A DNA stretch of 64,000 nt from Nemertoderma westbladi (Eukaryota; Animalia; Xenacoelomorpha). The position numbers were made by a program, and so were the translations under genes. Location of the stretch: the NCBI GenBank assembly GCA_032718475.1, contig JAUCBJ010007108.1, positions 21,406 to 85,405 on the forward strand, read 5' to 3'. This document shows, one piece after another, positions 20,204 to 31,900 of this stretch (the stretch's first letter is position 1; every line of letters starts with the position of its first letter). The notes beneath the pieces are model-generated. The model was given only the letters and a program-made list of their open reading frames with translations. It did not search any database and had not been told where the DNA came from.

Positions 20204-21383
20204 TGTTTGCGCTTTTAAGACCTTTGACAGTTTAACCTGCCAAAATTAGAATGTCTTTTGGATGATAGATAGTCTTTAGCCTATGACGAGTATTTGATAC
20301 ACTACATTAGCCGAAGCCAGTCTATGCGCAATCATTCACCCGCTGGATATACCCGGGAGACTGAATTCGGAAGCTTAATGATTGATGGTGTAAGCCTACT
20401 GTATTATTCGACTGATCGTAATATATAATCTCTGACAAATATTATTCACTTTCGGGAAATATTAACAGTTCCTTTAGGACGTGGCGCTCTAAATATGTAA
20501 ACAGAGTTATGACTTAAACTAGACACAACGAAAAGGCTATAGATTCACGTATATGGCGCATTCTTTAGGAGATGCTTTGTTATCAGTTACACTCATACAC
20601 AATGCTGCACAATACTGCACACTAATCTGCCGACCTTCACTAAATTTGGTCACGTATAAAGAGAGCAACATACAATTTATGTTGGGCATATGAAATAGCA
20701 TTAGATTCACTTCAAACCACTTAACATAGGTCGCAATCGTTTATCTGTAACCGGTCTCTCTAACCTTTAGTATATCAAGAAGATTGGGATGTCGGACTAT
20801 TGATCAGTATTCCGATATAATATTTCATCAACAAATATAACGAATAACCGACAGTAAAAGCAGTAAAGTTAAGGTATAAATGATTATTAAGTGAGTGAAT
20901 TAACTCGGTAACTCGTTTGCATTGGTATGGTTAGGTTAGATAACAGATATACGTTCTATAATTAAGCCTACTAATGTAAGACTAAAGACTGAAACACGGA
21001 GGTGCCAAAAGCCGGTGTTCTTAGGCTCTGGGCAAAAACATAACACTGAATTCCTGAGTTTCTGTATCCACCTCCAACACAGAGACAAAAAACGCTCTGA
21101 TTGGTCGACCGAACAACGAGAGAACAAAGAAACAAAGAAATGTCGACATGGCAATATCAGCTGTTAGCCGTCGTCATGGTAGCGACACTGTTTTCAAGAG
21201 TATCGAGCTTATTGCGTCCCGAAATTGCGGATTATGTCCTCTAAAGTACAAATACAGAAGAAATGGCTTTTATGTCCTCTAAAACACCAGTACAGTAAGG
21301 ACACGGCCTTTTTATGCCCAGTAAACCAACTACAGAGTACTTTACGGGGAAAATAACCGGCTAATTACGCAAAAGCTTTTACA
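20204..21383 (-). repeat. 5' LTR (1180 bp)
   Basis: Direct repeat of 2743-3912. Minus strand has CCAAT at ~21100 and an Inr-like TCAGT at ~20990. Confidence 0.95.
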
Positions 21384-22130
21384 GATATCCTTAGTTTTGG
21401 ATGGATCCATCATGGATGTTGGACGGATCCATCATGGATGTCCTTATTTTCAGACGGATCCATCATGGATGTCCTTATTTCTCACGCGTGTTTGTTTGTT
21501 TGTTTGATTGTTTGTTTGTACACACAACTTGTTCCACTTCATGTTGATGGAATTGGATGAAACTTTGATGATAGGTTCATTATCGGACCTAGTTGTGAAT
21601 GCAAGGTTTTGGTTGCTAGGGACCTGTTGGTTGCGTAGCAACAGTTAATTAATTATAGAATGACCGATCATAATCGTAGAATTCACTCAATCAAATTTCT
21701 GTCGACACCCCATAGGGAGCATCTATTGGACATGCTTTCTGCAAAATTTCGCTTTATTTCGTTCCGAATTGTAGGAGAAGATACATTTCTTACAAACAGT
21801 GTTTTTTTTTACATACAATATATACTACTATATTGTGTACTTCGCCCAATGTTTCGATTTTCGTTATTAGGCTGCCCTGTATAGGCGCGTAATTTATTAC
21901 AACAATATTGGTAGCAATGGATCCGTCCATTATTGCCAGCTCTCGGCTGGCAAGCTTGTTATTATATTTAATAAATACAAAATATTCTGAAACATTTTAT
22001 TTATGTATGATTAGCTACGCAATAGAAATAGGCAAAGGCATACCGCTGTTGACCACATACTCATGAAATAAATAACTCGTTCTAGAATTAAATTCAAAGT
22101 TAAGTTCTAGTATTAAATATAATAAATGTA

Positions 22131-22517
22131 CTGATTGCGGCCAATTATTTCCAGTTTTTAATGTTTTTCACCCGGGTGAAAACATCTATCACCCGGGTGA
22201 AAAATATTTAAATGTTTAACTATTGACTTTCGTTTATTGTTTTGGTTAGAATAACATGCCATTGTAACCTGATCCTTTCCCTAAATGGATTAATAAGATT
22301 GGTCGAGATATTAATTCACCAAGAGTGGATTTGGATCCAAATGAGCTTTTGATATTATTTACAAGGAAACTAACTACATGTGTTCATAGTTCTGATGTTT
22401 TTCACCCGGGTGATAAATGTTTTTCACCCGGGTGATAAATATTTTTCACCCGGGTGATAAATATTTTTCACCCGGGTGAAAAATAATTTAAAAAATGGAA
22501 TAATTGGCCGCAATCAG
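22131..22517. mobile_element. MITE-like element with TIRs and internal palindromic TTCACCCGGGTGAA repeats
   Basis: CTGATTGCGGCCAATTATT at 22131 is inverted as AATAATTGGCCGCAATCAG ending at 22517. No clear TSD. Confidence 0.65.
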
Positions 22518-25490
22518 CCACCGTATAAATGGCCTTCAGCGAAAGATAATTCTTGCAATCTTTGAACGCCCCATTGTTACATAATTGGAATCCTTGCAAC
22601 ACAAGTCTTCTAATATGAAAGTTCTATATGATAGTTCTTCTATATGAAAACAATTACGACTAAAGTGTCAATACAAATGAATCTAAACAATCAACGGTAA
22701 AATCAACTACTATTTAATAAATTTCACACATAATTAACTAAATTAATGAAGCAATAGTTACATCTCAATCCTACCGTAAAGTCGTCTTCGTTAGCTGAGC
22801 AGTACTCATCTTCCTCCGAGGATATATCGTTGGCGTTGTCGATATATCGTTGTCGAATTTTCCATGTGTCCGAAATATCCGAATAGGGGCAATTAGTTTG
22901 TGAGCCGAGTGAACTGTGTACTGTGGAGTCATTATTAGATAGGCCAACTTGAAGCATTTGTGGAGTGCGGACTTCTGTGTACACCTTACTAGTAAGTGTA
23001 GGTGGGTTGCATTAATTTGAGATGGTCCTGTTGTTGAACTGAACCCTCATTGGCTCGGCCACACCATTAGGATGTATCGCATGCTGGACCCACAACTACA
23101 CTACACACCTCCACAGCTCGTGTTCAGCTATATTATCCCCGATTTATCCGCAGTATCCTGACCGGTGTCATTAAGTAGACCTTTCTGGGATGTCAATGGC
23201 TGACCACGATAATTACTATGGGGAAGCGGTAATGGTGAACAATAATGGTCTACAATACCTTACCCAAGGCTACACAGGCCCTTAGGATTTAGTAGAAGGC
23301 TGTAGGCGTACTAAGTCCATTTTATATTTTAAAAAATTCATGTGGCTTATTTAAATATTATTATTTATTTCTATAATTTATTTCACATGCTTCTTCCGTT
23401 TCACATGTTTCAATAATTCCGATATTTTCCAACTGAAGTATTTCAATGCAATAAAAATAAAATGTTAACGAACTGAAGCCATTTATTTGTGTCATAAAAA
23501 AGCTACAGCTAACATAAGGTCGTTCTAGAAAAAAATAGTTGATATTTTGAAAAACACATAAAATTTTAAAGTTTATAAGTTATGATGAAGGTTAATTTAA
23601 TAACTTGAATTTCATAAAACCATAGGAAAACATTCAAAGGAATTTAAGATTTAAAAATATATTCAGTAACTAAGATATTGGGTGCAATTGTCCGGGGGGG
23701 GGGGGGGGGGGGGCAATTGTCCGGGGAGCAATAATTGTCCGGCGGGCAATTGTCCGGTCTCCTAAATATAGGCCTAGTCTTGTGTAGAACGAAAAATATA
23801 GACAGACCAATCAATATCATGCAATAAAAATAAAAATGTATACGATATTTCGAGTCTGCGTGACTCTTATTCATGTATTATTTTTATATAGCTATATATG
23901 TACATATATATTATGTTGAATACATATATAAATTATATAACCCTAAATCTTGTGGTGATGTTAGTGAAAAAAAAAATGGGGCCCCAGGCCACACTTAATG
24001 CCGAGTAAACAACCCTCGTTGCGCTCGCTCGGTACATAAATATACATTCTGGTCATAACGCTATAAAGTACCGGTACTAGGCTTACTTTTCACACTACAG
24101 TATGATGTAAATAAATATTGCTTGTGTCATATAAGATTGGCTTTACGAAAATAATAACTCCTCAGTACTGTAGTTCATTTCTACCTTGTTCTTCGAGCTC
24201 CATTAGGCCTACTCAACAAATTATAAATATGGGCGATGAATATTTAGTAATAGGCCCTAATGTATATCGGTTTATTTGTAATTTATCATGTAACATGTAT
24301 CAATTTGTTGTAGGCCTACTGTTGTATGCCACGCTGTAAAGTACAGGTAGTATCCTAAATAAAATGAGCTACTGTAGGCTAATTAGCTAGCTAATTGGTG
24401 AGATAATTTTATTTTAGAATATCACAATGCAGTAGTATGAAGTAGTTTCTTTAGTAACACCAGTCAGTGATTTTACATAGTCAATTTTGTTTACATTAGG
24501 CAGCAGCTTATTTCTGACCATAACTTCGCGAGTTTTGATCGTAGGGAGCAGATTTGGGGTTCATTCTGTTCGGAATATAACAACTTTATTCAAATCCATT
24601 TCCAATTTTATAATAATATAGATACAGGAATAGAAAAAATACATTTTTTTAATAATTGTGTTTCAACATTCGAGATTTTTAACTCCAATAGAGCAATAAT
24701 TGCTGGTTCGGTTTAAAAATATATGGGTTTTTAGAGGTTTTTATTTCGCAGCATTGTGATAATTACGCCTCAAATGCATCCAAATCGTTGTTTTTGTGTA
24801 ATTCAAAAAAACATGAAGATTATGGAATCTTTATTTGAAACACTTAACGGAAACCACTGGCTAAAAACCGCGAGTATAACGTAGCCTACACTGTACAACA
24901 CTCTTTATATACAGTATATGCCTACGTCTTATTATTTGCTTTACCACCTTAACTTCGGTTTATTCCCGTTGTTATGTGGTTTTGGGCTACTTTGGACGAA
25001 CATCCATCGGGGATAATTGATCCGGGACCGGGATAATGTTCCAGAGGTTGTGTGGTTTCGAGCCCTAGAAGTGGACCGGGGAAGTATTCGTCTCAGCACG
25101 GAAGCTGCTGTTAAGGGCTAGCCAGATCCCATTCCTACTGTACCTTACATCCACAAATGTTCGTCTAATTTGTACCAGTTTCCACGGGGGTTTACCCTGT
25201 ACAGTATGTGTAGGCCTAAACTGTGGTTCTGGTTGAGGGTGGACCGCACTGGAAATCATTTTGTCTGACCTTTGTATATATTTTGTATCTCTGTATCTAT
25301 TTTGTATATGTATACAGATTTTCACCCCGTTTTACTACATTCAGTGCTTATTGGAAACACCTAGGTGTAATTGTGCCACATTAATTACAATAATATTGTA
25401 TAATATATTAACTTGAATATCATTACAATAAAGTCGGAATGTAATAATAATAAATGAATTGTTGTGGGGTGAGTGACGGTGAATTAAATA

Positions 25491-25650
25491 TATAATGTAG
25501 ATAGGACAATATGATAATGCTCTCCATAGCGAAAAATATCAACCGACCCTGTTGGGGCTCGAAACCTAGGTACCGGGTTCGAGCCCCAACAGGGTCGGTT
25601 GATATTTTTCGCTATGGAGAGCATTATCATATTGTCCTATCTACATTATA
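25491..25650. repeat. Perfect 73-bp inverted repeat with 14-nt spacer and tRNA B-box-like GGTTCGAGCCC
   Basis: Arms 25491-25563 and 25578-25650 are exact reverse complements. Confidence 0.9.
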
Positions 25651-25884
25651 AAGTCGGAATGTATTAAACATGACATCATGAAATATTATTCAGGGCCACC
25701 TGTTGTCTGCTGCTTCAATTGCTTCTGGATTTACTTATACCAGCGGTGGTTGCCATAAGTCCGTATTGTGTTGCATCCTAACCCGTTATTTACAGTATTG
25801 TCTTATTTTATATTTATTATTAATCTTGCAATGGGACATTAGACTAATTGTTTCTTTCATTGTTAGTAACTATAACAACAAAAC

Positions 25885-25939
25885 ATGTCTGAAAGTGGAA
25901 GCATTACCAATCCCCAACCTCGACAGACAACTACCGGTC
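25885..25939 (+). CDS. SCAMP: SCAMP coding exon 1 ([18 protein letters not shown])
   Basis: ATG in AAACATG context, in-frame TAA at 25873, donor GTAAGT at 25940; phase 1 matches exon 2. Confidence 0.65.
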
Positions 25940-28900
25940 GTAAGTATATTACCGTAATAATTTAGAACCTTTAAAATTGGAGAGAACTGGGGGAAAATGG
26001 ACGCAAATCCAATATCGACAAATTAATTAATATTAAATTATATTAATTAAATGAAAGGAGCAGGTTGCAATGGTACATTACTCTCACCAAAAGAGTAAAC
26101 GAAATTTAATAGGTATATTTTTGCAAGTAAATCAGCTGTCATTTGCTTCGATTTTCCTTTGGAGAGGAATTAATTATGATTGCGTCCAGAGTCCCTCCCC
26201 CCGTATCCGTTCAAGTGCTATCGGGAGTTTCCCAAGGCGTCCTTTAATACGGCTTGGAGTTTCCACATCAATTAATTACATTCTAAAAAATACATAGGGC
26301 TACAGTACTGTAACTTAATGTTCTATACAAACTGACTATAATTTCAAGGTAGATTTAACTTTGGATTAAATATTTAAGTCGTGGAAAAGTTCCTGAATTT
26401 TTTTGTGTATACCATGAACTACAGTAGGATATAATACACTGCAGTATATTCCAGTACATGGTGTGGGTGTTAATTAAACATAATTAACGTTTATTAGGTC
26501 GAATGAACAACTTTCCGCCGCTCCCAAAATGTTTCCCATGTGGTCCCTGTTTCTATCAAGATATCAATCTCGAAATACCCCAGAACAACCAACGTTTAGT
26601 CAGATACATGTATTACTTATGGATTTGTAAGTTGAGGATTGCAGTATTATTATATGTTTTACAAATTATGCAGTCGTCATGGTTACAGATTTCGAATAAA
26701 TCAGATACAAAACTCTCATTTCGTGTCAATCATCATCGTTCGCAAAGGTAAAATATAGTTTCATTTTCGGAATTAAAATAAAAAAAGACAATCTTCTTAT
26801 CTCAAAATTTGTTTACTCTAAATGTGGAAGATGTTATTCTTATTTTATTATATCACGTATTCTAGCCTATTACGATTATCACAATTTATTTTTACTGTAT
26901 TAGAAGACAATGATTACTGTAGGCCTACAAGTACAATACATAAACACTGTACTGTGTAGGTGTAGTCCTACTCACTGGACAGTAGATAATCCATGGTCTT
27001 TTTGTTATAATTAATAGTTTATTCCGTGACGCTACTGTGTAATGTTGTTGGGGCCCTGTTGTATCTGGTCCTGGCCCCTAGCTCGGCCTCTCACACTGGA
27101 ACCATGATGGCTATCGCAGTGGTGTTCGCCTTTCTATTCACACCAGCTTCTTATCTCTGTTGGTTCCGCCCAATATATAAAGCTTTCAGGTTAGTTCTTT
27201 GGAAGCGCGCCTATTTATTTAACTTAAAAGTTAAAACGCTTTGTAAGATATTGAGACCTGCTTGTGTATGATCTTGGGCTGTGGCGGCCTCATGGGGCTG
27301 CAATAGTAGGCCCGTAAGGGTAGTGCTAGGCTAGGATACAGCAGCAGTAGGCCCCTAAGGGTAGTGCTAGGCTAGGATACAGCAGCAGTAGGCCCCTAAG
27401 GGTAGTGCTAGGCTAGGATACAGCAGCAGTAGGCCCCTAAGGGTAGTGCTAGGCTAGGATACAGCAGCAGTAGGCCCCTAAGGGTAGTGCTAGGCTAGGA
27501 TACAGCAGCAGTAGGCTCCTAAGGGTAGTGCTAGAGTAGGATACTGCAGCAGAGTAGGCCCCTAAGGGTAGTGCTAGGCTAGGATACTGCAGCAGTAGGC
27601 CCCTAAGGGTAGTGCTAGGCTAGGATACAGCAGCAGTAGGCCCCTAAGGGTAGTGCTAGGCTAGGATACTGCAGCAGTAGGCCCCTAAAGGTAGTGCTAG
27701 GCTAGGATACAGCAGCAGTAGGCCTCTAAGGGCAGTGCTAGGCTAGGATTCAGCAGCAGTAGGCCCCTAAGGGTACTGCTAGGCAAGGATACTGCAGCAG
27801 TAGCCTCCCTTAGTGTATCAGTGAATTTATATTTCGCGAAGGTATATTTGAAATTAAACGGCAATATTTGAATTATAACCTCTAACTTTTTTGTTTATGA
27901 ATACTATCGAACGCTGAACTTGCGAAATGTGCCCCCTATCATTGAAAGCTTTCATCCTTACTTTAACCTTTTTGATAATATAACTTTCGCATAACCTTCG
28001 GTAGCTTTCGTTGGGTAATTGTCTTCTTTCAGAACTATCCTGAACAGCATTAACTTTTTTTTAATGAAGCTGCTTAATGCCGGACTTATACGTTTTTGAA
28101 TATAAAATTTTAATACAAACATTTTAGTTAACTCGTTCATTCATATCACCATGATGGGTATAAATGGCATGGGGAGTGTAACTATCCCTATATTCATCCG
28201 ATTACACTACCTCGGCCTACTACTGTAATTTAGTTGGCTGCTGCAGCTTGTCAGGCTGCAACACAATACAGCAACTGCAACACAATACAGCAACTGCAAC
28301 ACAATACAGCAACTGCAACACAATACAGCAACTGCAACACAATACAGCAACTGCAACACAATACAGCAACTGCAACACAATACAGCAACTGCAACACAAT
28401 ACAGCAACTGCAACACAATACAGCAACTGCAACACAATACATCAACTGCAACACAATACAGCAACTGCAACACAATACAGCAACTGCAACACAATACAGC
28501 AACTGCAACACAAACAGCAACTGCAACACAATACAGCAACTGCAACACAATACAGCAACTGCAACACAATACATCAACTGCAACACAAACAGCAACTGCA
28601 ACACAATACAGCAACTGCAACACAATACAGCAACTGCAACACAATACAGCAACTGCAACACAATACATCAACTGCAACACAATACAGCAACTGCAACACA
28701 ATACAGCAACTGCAACACAATACAGCAACTGCAACACAAACAGCAACTGCAACACAAACAGCAACTGCAACACAATACAGCAACTGCAACACAATACAGC
28801 AACTGCAACACAATACAGCAACTGCAACACAATACAGCAACTGCAACACAATACAGCAACTGCAACACAATACAGCAACTGCAACACAATACAGCAACTG

Positions 28901-31900
28901 CAACACAAACAGCAACTGCAACACAATACAGCAACTGCAACACAATACAGCAACTGCAACAAATGTTTCAATATTAAATTTCAGATCTGATAGCTCCTTC
29001 AATTTCTTTCTCTTCTTCTTTATATTTTTTGTTCAAATTGTTGTCAACATTGTTGAAGCGGTTGGTGTTGCTCAATTCGGCTCGTGGTAAGTGAACTAAT
29101 TTAATTACATTAGGCCTATATCTTTATATGTTTTATTAAGTTTATCCGTCAGATGTACAAGCGGGAACAGTAACTAATGTACAGTAACACGTTCGTGGGG
29201 GCTTCCGTAGAGGTAGGCCTACAATTAGTGGACGTAGTCATTCGCCCCCTGCCTAACGGTGGACAGATGAATTATAGAAGACTGTCTTTGTGTAGAATTT
29301 CTAAACATTTATAGACTACAATGTGTACCTTGTTTGGTTCCATTTCATCAAAGATTGACCGACGTATTTTCGACAACGGCGGCGGGTGGACCCACTACTT
29401 ATACCCCTACGCTAAGGCACAACTAAAGCTCGCCCCACATGATCCAAGCTGTAAAAGCTCTGTTTATGACTATGTGTCCCCTTGCATCTACATGAAGGTG
29501 AAATGTCAGTGTAGGCCTATACATACTTGATATGCAGTAGTACAACGTGGGTGCAAAAGGTACGATATTTCAATTTGGCGTGTCGTTTCAGCCTATGGAA
29601 GATTTCTGGGCTTCTAATTGGCTGTTCTGCAAATAAGCTCACCTCATTGGCTAACACCCTCCCTTAGCAAAAAGGGGTTTCGGTTGAGCGTAATTTGCCA
29701 AAAGGGGTTTTGCTTGGGGTAAATGACTGTTTTATAGTGAAATACGGGCATTACTGCACTAAACCTTGGGTACCCATAGTTTGACTAAATCTTTTCATAT
29801 TACTCTTTTCATATATTTCAAGGCTTTTATCATGAGGATTTTTTCTAGAACAAATATTTCACCTTCTGACAGTAGGTTGATATTTTTTCCAAAAAATGTT
29901 CTAAAAAAAATGTGTTCTAGAACAAAAATAATCATCAAAATTTATAGCTAACACGTGTTCGGTATTACTACACCTTGGGTCACACCAGACAAATGTTTTA
30001 TAGTGTTTTAAGCGTACTGTAACAATAGTAATTGAATTCTAGAATGTTTTATATTTATTATAACCACTTGCACAAAGTGCATAACTGTCGAATAACAGTA
30101 CTTTGTCGCTATGAGTGATGTTTCACGTCATTCACATTTAAGATTGTCGAATGATTTAAATATAAAGTAAATTGGTGCAAAATTATGCTCTGAAGAGAAT
30201 GCAATTAACTATGCACAGTCATCCGGATTGTTACCTTCTGCAAACGCTGAATCAACATGTAAGTCAGAAGGATGTACTTATAGTGCATACATTTGGAGGA
30301 GAATGAGATATGGATTTCCTAGGTTGACCTGGCGCTGTAGGGGACCTCACAAACATCAAAGATCAGCTCGTGAAGGTACGTGGTTCAGTTCGAGTTCTAA
30401 TTTGCTTGTGGAGCAAATTTTCTGGATCATGTTCTTTTTTATAATCAACATGTCCGCTAGAGTCACACTACGATTGCTTGATGGACTGGTAGGAAAGTCT
30501 ATGACTAAGATAGTGGATTGGCAAAATTACATTAGAGAGCTGTTCGCAAAAGACAAAGATAACGCTGAGCTAATGGGGGGAGTTGGGGAAACAGTACAAA
30601 TCGACGAATCATTGTTTCGTGGAAGAAGAAAATATAAACGTGGGCGAAGACTTCTAGGAGATGTACTGTACCTTTCAAAAAGCGTAATCGAAAGATAAAA
30701 CATAAGGTTGTAGGAACTAGATCTAACAATTATGGTACTATGGTTGTTGGACCCTGGATTTTTGGCATAGCTTGGAAGCGACCGGATCGAGAAGTAGACG
30801 TTAGAATGTTCATAGTTAAAAGAAGGAACATGAGAACCTTGCGTCCGATTCTAGAGAGCAATGTCAAAGGTGGTACAACGATATTTAGCGACGAATGGGC
30901 TGCATACTGCGGCAAAACTGTTGGGATAACTAGCAAACGTTTTCCATGGAAAGCCTGTGACGGTAGCGGTAAATACTTCCACAAACACGTAAACCACAGT
31001 AAGAAGGGGCGTGGTAGATTCGTAGACCAGATCACCGGAGCGAACACGCAACTTATAGAAGGATTATGGGGACATGCCAAACTTATGATAATGTAGCAAC
31101 GGAAAGGCACTAGATTGAATTTACTTCAAAGTCACCTAGATGAGTATCGGTGGAGGATGCTTCACAAACGTTCACCGTTTAACGACCTTATTGAATTAGT
31201 AAAGCAAGAGTATCCAATTAACTAACTGTTAATATACATTCTAGAACAATTATCTATTTATTAATATACATTGTAGAACAATATTAGTATTCTTAAATAA
31301 CCTATTTATGTATTAAAAAAAAATTTCGTAGGTGTGACCCAAGGTGTAGTAATACCCACGTGTTCTAACATTTATAAAAAAAGTAGAAAAAAACTAGCTA
31401 ACTATAGTATAAAAAATATAAAATTTGTAAAAAGATTTATCAAAATTGACAACTAACACGTGTTCTATAACATATTATAAAAAAAGGTAGAAAAATCTAG
31501 CTAGTATAAAAAATGTGTTCTAGAACAACAAAAAATGTGTTCTAGAACAACAAAAACTGTGTTCTAGAACAAATATATTTTTTCAAAATTGATAGCTAAC
31601 ACGTGTTCTTTATAACAGATACATCAGCCACCTTAATCGACAACATATTAACTAACTTATCAGGTTCAATGAACTCCGGCGTTTTAGTATCTGCAATTTC
31701 TGACCACCTCCCTATATTTCTGCATGTAGACAGATGTGCCAAAATCAACAAAATCAAAAATTAAACAAATTTACACACGAAAATGAAATGATAGTAAGAA
31801 AAAAGAAGCATTTTTATCACAAGTTCAGGCTACGAACTGGGAAGACATCTACTTTTATACTAACCTCAATAACGCTTATGATGTGTTTATAAATCGCTAC

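Larger units (their letters stand above)
2743..21383 (-). mobile_element. Full-length BEL/Pao LTR retrotransposon, 18,641 bp
   Basis: TG...CA direct repeats at 2743-3912 and 20204-21383. TSD GATGT (2738-2742) / GATAT (21384-21388). Pol order PR-RT-RH-IN with BEL-type gag (DUF1759-like, three Cys/His clusters) and DUF5641-like integrase tail. Confidence 0.95.
1137..21960 (+). mobile_element. Helentron-associated (HINE/DINE-like) non-autonomous element, split by the LTR retrotransposon
   Basis: 5' TGGACGGATCCAT (1140-1152) is inverted at ATGGATCCGTCCA (21917-21929), followed by hairpin TTGCCAGC-tctcg-GCTGGCAA (21933-21953). A (GTTT)n microsatellite lies at ~21490-21520. This subTIR / microsatellite / subTIR / 3' hairpin layout is typical of HINEs. 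Confidence 0.6.

Noticed and set aside
25560-25590. tRNA gene
   Set aside because: Only a T-arm/B-box-like motif; no cloverleaf or A box.
28207-29090. Cys/Gln/Thr-rich ORFs on both strands
   Set aside because: Products of the stop-free 19-bp minisatellite; only 28985-29086 is a real SCAMP exon.
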